A stretch of 64,000 nucleotides of DNA from Alphaproteobacteria bacterium (GTDB taxonomy: Bacteria; Pseudomonadota; Alphaproteobacteria; UBA9219). The DNA is taken from assembly GCA_009779135.1 (NCBI GenBank), contig WREW01000004.1, positions 13,448 to 77,447 of the forward strand. The letters run 5' to 3'. A model generated the notes under the pieces. That model made no database searches. It had not been told where the DNA came from and saw nothing but the letters and a program-made list of their open reading frames with translations. The translations under genes and the position numbers were made by a program. Position 1 is the stretch's first letter. Every line of letters begins with the position of its first letter. Of this stretch, positions 18,606 to 26,867 are shown piece by piece.

Positions 18606-19445
18606 ATGCCGAAGGCTGGCCTTACTGCGGTCCGGTTCCGCAATCAAATTGTCAAGGTCATTTATCGTGTCGGCTTAAAAAGAGCCATGGCGCATTTGTC
18701 GACAGGGATCGCCTATTCCGGCCCTTTTTTCAATTATGTTGGCATTGTTGATGATAACAATACCAAAAAATCAGAAAGGATGGCGTTGCGTCTTCATGCT
18801 TCGCGGATCAATGATACTTGGATTGCGCGAAATCTTTCCAAAGAAAAGCGGGCCAATTATTTCCAACCCGTTTACGAAAAACTTATCAAACATCCAGACG
18901 ATTCAGCCAAGCTGGATGAGGTGCTCCAAGCTGCTTACAACACAGTATGGGGCGGTGTTTCAATCGAGTTTGCAAAGCTGCCTTTTAAGGAAATCGCAAC
19001 GGCTGTTTGCGGCGCGGCCAAAAAACAAGTCTTTTTCCGCTATGAATTGCCTGTTCTTGTCCAGAACCCGCATATTCAGGCTTGCAATGAAATCCCGATG
19101 GACGCCGTTCGCCGTATGTATAACGAAGTCGGAAAAGATGAAGCCTATAATCTTATTTGTTTGTCGGAACTTCGTATGGCTTTCCGTTATGCGTCCGGCT
19201 TTGTGCCAAGCCCCCACCTTGCGTGGAAAGATTTTGTTGACCGCATATATTTCCATCGGGACGAACGCTTCCACACGGCACCAAAGAGAAGCCCGCTCAC
19301 AACGGAGCAAGAACAACGCAAGCAACAGATTATTGCAGACTTCGGTCTTGACACCCTCTATGCAACATCGCCTGTGGCATGGGGTGGCCCTGTCGCTGTG
19401 ACCAAAAAATCCAAAGCTTTACCTTATAAAAAAATTACCCTATAA
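18606..19445 (+). CDS. Hypothetical protein (279 aa)
   Basis: AGGAG RBS, long open frame in an AT-richer segment; no motif recognised. Confidence 0.75.
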   Translation: MPKAGLTAVRFRNQIVKVIYRVGLKRAMAHLSTGIAYSGPFFNYVGIVDDNNTKKSERMALRLHASRINDTWIARNLSKEKRANYFQPVYEKLIKHPDDSAKLDEVLQAAYNTVWGGVSIEFAKLPFKEIATAVCGAAKKQVFFRYELPVLVQNPHIQACNEIPMDAVRRMYNEVGKDEAYNLICLSELRMAFRYASGFVPSPHLAWKDFVDRIYFHRDERFHTAPKRSPLTTEQEQRKQQIIADFGLDTLYATSPVAWGGPVAVTKKSKALPYKKITL

Positions 19446-19446
19446 T
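19418..19446 (+). promoter_or_regulatory. Putative sigma70 promoter for the downstream structured RNA
   Basis: TTTACC-N17-TATAAT; the -10 overlaps the stop codon of 18606..19445. Confidence 0.55.
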
Positions 19447-19452
19447 AACCCC

Positions 19453-19634
19453 GCTGCGGAAGTGATGACCGTGGTGAGGTGTGAATCCCTCTAAAGGCGT
19501 TTGCGCAAAACGTAAAACCGCGCGCTTCCAGCTATGACTGGAGCGCGTGAATACGCCGCTTGCGGTCAATAAGCGCACTACTACCTTTAGTAGGATTCAA
19601 GCTCCAGTCGCCTTTCATCACGGCGACTTTTTTT
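19453..19634 (+). ncRNA. Putative ~180-nt structured ncRNA, rod with central bubble (6S-like candidate)
   Basis: Nested stems TGAATCC/GGATTCA, CTAAAGG/CCTTTAG, TGCGC/GCGCA, CGCGCGC/GCGCGTG, TCCAG/CTGGA; promoter upstream and terminator downstream; identity not confirmed. Confidence 0.6.
19606..19634 (+). terminator. Intrinsic terminator
   Basis: AGTCGCC-TTTCATCAC-GGCGACT followed by a T7 run. Confidence 0.8.
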
Positions 19635-19655
19635 ATGAGCTGAAAGATAAGCGCC

Positions 19656-19874
19656 GTGACCTTTAAAAATCTCTCTTTGCTTTTGGTTTTGTTGTCAGGC
19701 TGCGCGCCCGCCATGGACAGGGGCCAAATTGAATCCGCCTTCGGGCCGCCTGACATGATGCTGCGCATTGATGATGGCGACACAAAAGTTACCTACAAAC
19801 GCACCACCATCACCATCATCTATGACAAGAACGACAAGGTCAAATCAGTCAGGGGGGATGACCGTAAGAAATAA
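19656..19874 (+). CDS. Small lipoprotein (SmpA/OmlA-like motif)
   Basis: Lipobox LSGC; QIESAFGPPD motif followed by short beta strands. Confidence 0.65.
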   Translation: MTFKNLSLLLVLLSGCAPAMDRGQIESAFGPPDMMLRIDDGDTKVTYKRTTITIIYDKNDKVKSVRGDDRKK

Positions 19875-19955
19875 CAAGTAAAAAAAAGGAGCTTGTGTTA
19901 TCAGGCATGGGATTTTATGATAACATTCAAACTTTTAAGACAAAGGATCTTCCCC

Positions 19956-20552
19956 ATGCCTCACATCCATAAGCGCACGCGCGGCTTTACCCTGATGGAA
20001 GCTGCTATTGTCCTCGGTATTATCGGCTTGATTACCGCAGGCATCTGGGTCGCCGCAGCCGCTGTCCTCAAACAGAAAAGAGTAACGGAATCCTACGGCA
20101 TATTGATCCAGATTTCACAGAACATGCGTGCCCTTTACGAAAAACACCCCTATTTTTCCAGATTTTCCCCGGGTGAGGACATCACAGTTCCCATGCGTCA
20201 AGCAGGTGTATTTCCGGCAGACCTGTTTGCAAGCGCGGCTGACAATGTCCCGCGCAACCCTTGGAACACGCCCATAAGCATCACGGTCGGCCCGTCAACC
20301 GGCGTTTCGCCGCCCCATAGCTTTATCGTCACCTTCGAGCCTGTGCTGGCTTTTGACGACTGCGCCAAGTTGGTTCTGCTGGCCACAGGCCCCTCGGGCC
20401 CGGGGGGGATTGATGCCGTCATCATGAACGGAGGCCCCACCATCGAAGCCGTGGATGCCGACAATCCGAACAACAGAAACAACAACTTGCGCAATCTCAC
20501 GCTGCGCCAGATCACAGGCTGCCGTGGTGTCGGTTTCCGTTTAAGGCTTTAA
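19956..20552 (+). CDS. Type IV pilin with canonical N-terminal methylation motif
   Basis: KRTRG|FTLMEAAIVLGIIGLITAGIW; RNPWNTPISI; two Cys; AAGGA RBS before ATG 19956. Confidence 0.88.
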   Translation: MPHIHKRTRGFTLMEAAIVLGIIGLITAGIWVAAAAVLKQKRVTESYGILIQISQNMRALYEKHPYFSRFSPGEDITVPMRQAGVFPADLFASAADNVPRNPWNTPISITVGPSTGVSPPHSFIVTFEPVLAFDDCAKLVLLATGPSGPGGIDAVIMNGGPTIEAVDADNPNNRNNNLRNLTLRQITGCRGVGFRLRL

Positions 20553-20555
20553 AGC

Positions 20556-21557
20556 ATGACGCCCCAGCCGCTAACCTTCTTAACAGGCGCAACGGGCTTT
20601 ATGGGCGCGGCTTTGGCGCGCACGCTTGAAAGCAAAGGCCATCGCCTGCGGCTTTTGTGCCGCTCAAACTGCAACACGCTCAATCTTGAAGGCTTGACGA
20701 ACAGCAAAGTGGTTGTAGGCGATCTTCAAGACCCAGATAGCTACAGCCACGCCCTTGTGGGATGCGACTTCCTTTTCCACGCGGCGGCAGATTATCGCAT
20801 ATGGGTTCCCGATCAAGATGTTATGTACCGCATCAATGTTGAAGGGACGCAGGCTCTGATGCGTGCGGCGCAGAAAGCGGGTGTCAAAAAGATCGTCTAT
20901 ACAAGCTCGGTGGCCACGCTCGGCATCCCCAAAGGCGGGATCGGCACGGAAGACACAGCTGTGTCTTACACGGACATGATCGGCATCTACAAACGCTCGA
21001 AATACGAGGCAGAAGAAATCGTCCGCGCCATGGCTTTGGAAGAAGATCTGCCGGTCGTGATCGTCAACCCTTCAACGCCCGTAGGGCCGCGCGATGTCAA
21101 ACCCACCCCGACAGGACGCATTATCATTGAAGCCGCCACAGGCCGCATGCCCGCTTATATCGACACCGGCCTGAATATTGCGCATGTGGATGATGTGGCT
21201 GAGGGCCACTGGCTGGCCCTGAAAAAAGGAAAGACGGGCGAACGCTATATTCTAGGTAGCGAAAACATGGATTTTCTTTCTATCCTGAAAACCATCGCCG
21301 CGCTGACAAAACAAAAACCGCCGGTGCTGCGTCTGCCGCGCGGGCCTCTTTTCCCTCTGGCCTATTTGGCGGAGAGCCTTGCCAAAATCACCGGAAAAGA
21401 ACCTTTCTTGACGGCTGACGGGCTGCGCATGGCGGGAAAGAGGATGTTTTTCTCCTCGGAAAAAGCCATGCGTGAGCTTGGCTACGCCCCGCGCCCTGCA
21501 GAAAAGGCCATTGCGGACGCCCTCATCTGGTTTCAAAAAAACGGTTATCTGGCATGA
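20556..21557 (+). CDS. hpnA: Hopanoid-associated sugar epimerase
   Basis: TGATGFMG, FHAAADYRIW, YTSSVATLG, YKRSKY, NPSTPVGPRDVKPTPTG; adjacent to hpnC. Confidence 0.88.
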   Translation: MTPQPLTFLTGATGFMGAALARTLESKGHRLRLLCRSNCNTLNLEGLTNSKVVVGDLQDPDSYSHALVGCDFLFHAAADYRIWVPDQDVMYRINVEGTQALMRAAQKAGVKKIVYTSSVATLGIPKGGIGTEDTAVSYTDMIGIYKRSKYEAEEIVRAMALEEDLPVVIVNPSTPVGPRDVKPTPTGRIIIEAATGRMPAYIDTGLNIAHVDDVAEGHWLALKKGKTGERYILGSENMDFLSILKTIAALTKQKPPVLRLPRGPLFPLAYLAESLAKITGKEPFLTADGLRMAGKRMFFSSEKAMRELGYAPRPAEKAIADALIWFQKNGYLA

Positions 21558-22384
21558 TTGAAAAGCCAAGCGGTAAAAATGAAACGACCGAAAACTTTCC
21601 CGTCACGCGGCTTGTCGCGCGGCGCTATAAACCTCATGTCAAAGCCTTTTACATTTTCGCCCGCGCCGCAGACGACATCAGCGACGATGAAACTTTAAGT
21701 CCGGCTGAAAAATTAGAGCGTCTTGACCGCTTTGACGAAGCCTTGATCGCCCCCGAAGGCATAAATCTGGACGATGTGCCAAGCGTCAAACCGCTGCGCC
21801 AAAGCCTGAAGGAAACAGGCGTCAGCGCGCAGCACGCGCGCGATCTTCTGATCGCTTTCAAGCGCGATGCCGAAAAGTTGCGCTATGAAAACTGGGACGA
21901 GCTTTTGGATTACTGCCGCTATTCCGCAAATCCGGTAGGGCGCTATCTTCTGGAACTTCACGGTGAATCCCAAAACGCCTGGCCCGCCAATGACGCGCTT
22001 TGCACCGCCTTGCAAATCATCAACCACATTCAGGATTGCGGCGAGGATTATACCAAACTCGACCGCGTTTATATCCCGCTCGACACGATGGAACATTTCG
22101 GCGCGCGCCCCGAAGACCTCGGGCTGCCCGCCTTGACAGGCGCCATGCGCCAGACTCTTGACGCCATGCTGCAAAAGATGAATCCGATGTTAAAGCTGGC
22201 CCTGACCTTTTCGCCGCAAGTGCATGATAAAATGCTAAGATTTGACACTGCCATCATCAGTGAAATTGCGCTGCGCCTAAGCCGCGAACTCAACATCCGC
22301 GACCCCTTGAAAGAGAGGGTAAAACTAAGCACAATGCAGAAAATCCGGATTTTAGGATATGTCCTTATAAAACGCGGAGTATGA
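21554..22384 (+). CDS. hpnC: Squalene synthase HpnC
   Basis: ENFPV, FARAADDISD, YCRYSANPVGR, LQIINHIQD. Confidence 0.9.
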   Translation: MIEKPSGKNETTENFPVTRLVARRYKPHVKAFYIFARAADDISDDETLSPAEKLERLDRFDEALIAPEGINLDDVPSVKPLRQSLKETGVSAQHARDLLIAFKRDAEKLRYENWDELLDYCRYSANPVGRYLLELHGESQNAWPANDALCTALQIINHIQDCGEDYTKLDRVYIPLDTMEHFGARPEDLGLPALTGAMRQTLDAMLQKMNPMLKLALTFSPQVHDKMLRFDTAIISEIALRLSRELNIRDPLKERVKLSTMQKIRILGYVLIKRGV

Positions 22385-22388
22385 TGAA

Positions 22389-22655
22389 ATGGGCAAAAAA
22401 TCAAAAAAATCTCTCGTCTGGCAAGGTGTCATCTACACAACATTCAGGGCGGCGGCTCAGGCGATGGCGATCAGCGAAATGACGCTTCGCGGCCGCTGGC
22501 GCAAGCAAGGTTGTCCGAATTGTCTGGATGGGCTGGATCTTATTGCCTGCCCCAAAAAAATAAACGGTACGCTCCCTTCTGGCCGTGTCACTGAGGATCA
22601 GCTGAAAAGACTGGCGGCAATCCGCGTAGGAACATGGGAGCGGGCCAATCTGTGA
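22389..22655 (+). CDS. Small basic protein with a NUMOD1-like helix-turn-helix, inserted between hpnC and hpnD
   Basis: WQGVIYTTFRAAAQAMAISEMTLRGRW pattern; 4-nt gap to hpnC and GTGA overlap with hpnD. Confidence 0.55.
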   Translation: MGKKSKKSLVWQGVIYTTFRAAAQAMAISEMTLRGRWRKQGCPNCLDGLDLIACPKKINGTLPSGRVTEDQLKRLAAIRVGTWERANL

Positions 22656-23515
22656 ACAACAAAGCCCCCCCCTCTTTTGCGCAAGCCATGGCCGAGGTTC
22701 GCAGACGTGTGCGCGCCGCGCGCAGCTCTTTTACTGCCGGCATGGCCACGCTTCCTATTCCAAGGCGCGAGGCCATGTACGCCCTTTACGCCTTTTGCCG
22801 CGAAGTTGACGACATCGCCGATGACAGCCCCACAGCCGCCACGCGCGAAGAAGGTCTTGCGCAATGGCAGCAGCGTATCAAAAACCTGTTCGGAAAAGAC
22901 GAAGCAGACGAAGCCATCAGCGTAGCCCTGCGCCCCGCCATCAAACGCTTTAATCTGATCGAAGATGATTTCCAAGCCATCATCGAAGGCATGATTATGG
23001 ATTCGCGCCAAAGCATTATCGCGCCCCCCTTGGCCTATCTTGATGAATATTGCGATCATGTGGCAAGCGCGGTCGGGCGCATCAGCGTGCGCATTTTCGG
23101 CGATGACAGCGCAGCAGCAATGAAGGTCGCCCATCATCTCGGACGCGCTTTGCAGCTGACCAACATCCTGCGCGATCTGGCCGAAGATGCGCAGCGTAAT
23201 CGTCTTTATCTGCCGCAGGAGCTTTTGACAAAAAATGGGATCACAAGCAATGATCCGGCCTCCGTGCTAAGTGACCCACGCCTTGCAGCTGTTTGCATGG
23301 ATCTGGCCGCCATCGCGCGCGAACATTTCCAGCAGGCGGATCTGGCCTTGCTTGAAGCCCGCTGGTATCCCATGCGCCCCGCGCGCGCGATGCGCGATTA
23401 CTACAAGGCTATTTTAGAGCGCCTGATAAAGTCAGAATGGAAAACGCCGCATCAGCGAATGACGCTTCCCCTTTGGCAAAAGATTTGGCTTGCTTTACGC
23501 GGGCTCTTGCGCTGA
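22652..23515 (+). CDS. hpnD: Presqualene diphosphate synthase HpnD
   Basis: SSFTAGM, YAFCREVDDIAD, VASAVG, LQLTNILRDLAEDA..RLYLP; GTG start overlapping the upstream stop. Confidence 0.92.
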   Translation: MNNKAPPSFAQAMAEVRRRVRAARSSFTAGMATLPIPRREAMYALYAFCREVDDIADDSPTAATREEGLAQWQQRIKNLFGKDEADEAISVALRPAIKRFNLIEDDFQAIIEGMIMDSRQSIIAPPLAYLDEYCDHVASAVGRISVRIFGDDSAAAMKVAHHLGRALQLTNILRDLAEDAQRNRLYLPQELLTKNGITSNDPASVLSDPRLAAVCMDLAAIAREHFQQADLALLEARWYPMRPARAMRDYYKAILERLIKSEWKTPHQRMTLPLWQKIWLALRGLLR

Positions 23516-23527
23516 AAAGGAACGCTC

Positions 23528-24829
23528 ATGACTTCCAAAACAAAAAAGAAAAAGGTGAAAACGCCGCCCCCACCCGTTCACGTCCATATTATCGGCGCGG
23601 GTCTTTCAGGTTTGTCCGCAGCGCTGCAGCTGACTCTGATGGGGCAGAAAGTCACCGTCTATGAATCCGCGCCCTATGCGGGGGGCCGCGCGCGCTCTTA
23701 TTTCGACAAGGAATTAGGCTGCCATATCGACAACGGCAACCATCTGATTTTTTCGGGCAACATCGCCACAATGAACTATCTGGAGCTGACCGGCGCCACC
23801 GCCACGCTGCGCCAGCAAAAAGAAGCTCTCTTTCCCTTCATGGATCGCACGAGCAACGCGCGCTGGAGCCTGCATATGAACAAGGGCCGCCTGCCTTGGT
23901 GGATTTTCAGCAAAAAAAGACGGCTGCCCGACACACCCTCTTGGGACTATCTGTCGGCCCTACGGTTTGTGCTTGCGCATGAAGACAAAACAGTTGCGCA
24001 GTGCGTTGATCGGGAAAGCCTCATTTTCAAACGTCTGTTTGAGCCTTTGGCCATCGCCACGCTTAATACGGAAATCGAAACCGCTTCCGCGCGCATGCTC
24101 GGCAATCTGATGACGCAAAGCTTTCTCGGCGGCGGGCGGGCCTGTCTTCCTGTCATTCCGAAAATCGGCATGTCGGAAAGCTTTGTCACGCCCTGCCTGA
24201 ACACGCTGCGCCAGCACGGCACGCAAATCAAGTTCCGCCACCGCCTGCGCGGCTATGATGTCACGCGCACGGGACGCATTACCAATCTCGATTTCGGCGA
24301 ACATACAGTTGAGCTTGCCCCGCAGGACTGGGTGATTCTGGCCGTTCCCGCTTGGGTCGCCAAGGATCTTGTGCCCAAGCTGCAAACACCGGACGACTTC
24401 CGCGCAATCACCAACGTCCATTACCGCGTGCAGATGCCGCAAAATGCTGTCGGGTTTACAGGTGTGGTTAACGGTCTGGCCGAATGGATTTTTGTCCGCC
24501 CGGGCGTTGTCTCGGTGACGATCAGCGCTTCAGACCGTTACGAAGAAAGCCCTCAGGAAGCTTGGGCTGCCGCCGTGTGGGATGATCTTGCGCATCTGTT
24601 TGATCTGGATCCGGACAAGATTCCGCCTTGGCGTGTCTTGAAGGAAAAGCGCGCCACTTTCGCCGCCTCACCCGCCCAAAACCGCAAGCGGCCAACGGCT
24701 TACATAGGCTGGGAGAATGTCGCTCTGGCCGGCGACTGGACGGCCACAGGCCTGCCCGCCACCATCGAAAGCGCCATCCGTTCAGGCATCAAAGCGTCCC
24801 AAGTCGTGCTACGCTGGCAAAAACACTAG
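23528..24829 (+). CDS. hpnE: Hydroxysqualene dehydroxylase HpnE
   Basis: IIGAGLSGL, GGRARSY, IDNGNHL, EKRATF, LAGDWTATGLPATIESAIRSG. Confidence 0.92.
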   Translation: MTSKTKKKKVKTPPPPVHVHIIGAGLSGLSAALQLTLMGQKVTVYESAPYAGGRARSYFDKELGCHIDNGNHLIFSGNIATMNYLELTGATATLRQQKEALFPFMDRTSNARWSLHMNKGRLPWWIFSKKRRLPDTPSWDYLSALRFVLAHEDKTVAQCVDRESLIFKRLFEPLAIATLNTEIETASARMLGNLMTQSFLGGGRACLPVIPKIGMSESFVTPCLNTLRQHGTQIKFRHRLRGYDVTRTGRITNLDFGEHTVELAPQDWVILAVPAWVAKDLVPKLQTPDDFRAITNVHYRVQMPQNAVGFTGVVNGLAEWIFVRPGVVSVTISASDRYEESPQEAWAAAVWDDLAHLFDLDPDKIPPWRVLKEKRATFAASPAQNRKRPTAYIGWENVALAGDWTATGLPATIESAIRSGIKASQVVLRWQKH

Positions 24830-24882
24830 CCCCGTGATATTTAGTCTGTAACTGATCCTTGTTGTAGAAAGAGAGACCCACC

Positions 24883-26346
24883 TTGCCCATGCTTGCCCAT
24901 CTCCAGCCGCATCTCGAAAAAATCAAAGGCCATCATGTTTTATGTGTCGGCGACATGATGCTTGACCGTTTTTTCTATGGCCATGTCGAGCGCATTTCGC
25001 CCGAAGCGCCTATTCCCGTTTTGCGCATCGAGCGCGAAGACATCGCCCTTGGCGGCAGCGGCAATGTTGTGCGTAATGTTGTCTCGCTGGGTGGCGATGT
25101 TGATATTGTCGGCGTGATCGGCAAAGACCAAACCGGCTATGAGCTGGGCGAGCAGATCGCGCAGATGCGCGGCGTTACCCCCTGCCTTATCACGGACGAC
25201 AATCGCCGCACGACGATCAAAACGCGCCATGTCGCGGACGGCCAGCAGCTTTTGCGCGCGGATAGGGAAACCGGTGCGGACATCAGCGAAAAAATTGAAG
25301 ATCAGATTATCATGTGCGTAAAAAGCACTATAGAAAACTGCGATATTATTATTCTTTCAGACTACGCCAAAGGCGTTCTAACGCCGAAAGTCACCCAAGC
25401 CATTATGCAAATGGCCGCCGAACACAATAAGCGGGTTCTTGTCGATCCCAAGGGCCGCGATTTTGAACGCTATCGCGGCGCCTTTATGCTCACACCCAAC
25501 CGCAAGGAACTTGGCGAAGCTGTGGGCCAGAAAATCCAAACCATCGGCGATGCTGAAGATGCCGCGCGCATACTGATTGCGCGCTATGATCTTCAAGGCA
25601 TTCTGGCCAAGCTCGGCGCGGACGGAGTCTGCCTTGTGATGAAAGAACAGGAAGCCTTGCATTTCCGCGCCACAGCACGCGCCGTCCATGATGTTTCAGG
25701 CGCAGGCGACACGGTCGTGGCAACCATGGCGCTGTGCCTTGCCGGCGGCGTGCCCGAGGAAGACGGCGCCATGCTGGCCAATATGGCAGGCTCCATCGCT
25801 GTAGGCAAAGTCGGCACGGCGACCGTGAGTTGTCAGGACATCATCAAGGAACTCCAGCGGGATTATAGCCGCGCGTCAGAAGAAAAGATTCTCGATCAAA
25901 CAACAGCGCGCGAAACTGTGGATCGCTGGCACAAGCAAAGCCTTAAAGTCGGCTTCACAAACGGGGTCTTTGATCTTCTGCACCCGGGCCATCTTTCCCT
26001 GCTGCGTCAGGCGCGCGCCGCGTGCGATCGGCTTGTTGTCGGAGTCAACAGCGACTCGTCTGTCAAACGTCTGAAGGGCGAAGACCGCCCCGTCCAGAAT
26101 GAAGTCGCGCGTGCGACTGTTTTAGCGGCGCTGGCGGATGTTGATCTTGTCGTTGTCTTTTCAGAAGACACGCCCTTTGCTTTGATTGAATCTTTGCGCC
26201 CGTCCCTTCTGGTCAAAGGCGGCGATTACACACTGGATCAGGTTGTCGGCGCAGATCTTGTCCAAAGCTGGGAAGGCGAAGTCCTCCTCGCCGAAATCAT
26301 CGAAGGCCAAAGCACAACAGCGATGATTAAACGGGCGAAGAGTTAG
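24883..26346 (+). CDS. hldE: Bifunctional heptose-7-phosphate kinase / heptose-1-phosphate adenylyltransferase
   Basis: RISPEAP, LSDYAKG, TPNRKE, DVSGAGDTV; second domain FTNGVFDLLHPGH, LKGEDRP, LVKGGDY. Confidence 0.95.
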   Translation: MPMLAHLQPHLEKIKGHHVLCVGDMMLDRFFYGHVERISPEAPIPVLRIEREDIALGGSGNVVRNVVSLGGDVDIVGVIGKDQTGYELGEQIAQMRGVTPCLITDDNRRTTIKTRHVADGQQLLRADRETGADISEKIEDQIIMCVKSTIENCDIIILSDYAKGVLTPKVTQAIMQMAAEHNKRVLVDPKGRDFERYRGAFMLTPNRKELGEAVGQKIQTIGDAEDAARILIARYDLQGILAKLGADGVCLVMKEQEALHFRATARAVHDVSGAGDTVVATMALCLAGGVPEEDGAMLANMAGSIAVGKVGTATVSCQDIIKELQRDYSRASEEKILDQTTARETVDRWHKQSLKVGFTNGVFDLLHPGHLSLLRQARAACDRLVVGVNSDSSVKRLKGEDRPVQNEVARATVLAALADVDLVVVFSEDTPFALIESLRPSLLVKGGDYTLDQVVGADLVQSWEGEVLLAEIIEGQSTTAMIKRAKS

Positions 26347-26816
26347 ACGAACAACTTTTTCACCGCGCGATGCCATGGCTTGGCATAGCGGGAAGGCATA
26401 TTCTCTATGACCACGCCGTGACTCTTTAAAACATCTCGGGCGCCGTTCCATGAATCTGTCGGCTTATACAGGAAAAGATGGATTTTGCTCCCATGATTTT
26501 CAAGGCGCTTTGTTATGCCAGCTTCCCTTTTTTTAAAAGCTTCCTTATCAAGATCACGCGCAAAAATAACAAGTTTTCTTAAATCACTGCTGAACTCGCT
26601 GGTCAGACAACCTAAAAAATTAAGCGGCGTATGATACTGCAACGCGTCTGCAAGAAATCTTTCTCCCATAGACATGCCCATGGCGCAACTGCCTGATGAA
26701 CTCATACAAAAAACAAGCTGATGTATGTCTTTATAAGAACCCGCAACTTCCGCATAAGATTGCAAAAAAGCGTGTGACAGTTCTTCGGCTAGCTTTTTCT
26801 TCACGCCATAGCCCAT
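26343..26816 (-). CDS. Hypothetical protein
   Basis: AT-richer open frame convergent with hldE; start uncertain (26816 after AAGG, or 26858). Confidence 0.6.
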   Translation of the reverse strand: MGYGVKKKLAEELSHAFLQSYAEVAGSYKDIHQLVFCMSSSGSCAMGMSMGERFLADALQYHTPLNFLGCLTSEFSSDLRKLVIFARDLDKEAFKKREAGITKRLENHGSKIHLFLYKPTDSWNGARDVLKSHGVVIENMPSRYAKPWHRAVKKLFV

Positions 26817-26867
26817 CACAACGAACCTTACTGTGACTTTTCCAAACCCATGTATCATCTTTTTAAA

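Noticed and set aside
19458-19500. GGAAG...GGTGAGG...CTCTAAA read as tRNA-Sec or tRNA-Pyl (CUA anticodon)
   Set aside because: Only 2 bp flank the putative anticodon loop, there is no T arm or acceptor stem at the right spacing, and these bases pair better in the long rod.
19469-19560. Known riboswitch (SAM-alpha, FMN, cobalamin, c-di-GMP-I) at the structured RNA
   Set aside because: Only isolated fragments match (CCGTGGTGA, a T-loop-like GGTGTGAATCC, GCAAAA, GCTATGA); the required motif order and stems are absent.
19907-19972. 21-codon ORF MGFYDNIQTF... upstream of the pilin, and the TTG start at 19893
   Set aside because: Too short and without support; the pilin ATG at 19956 has a well-spaced AAGGA and gives a normal leader.
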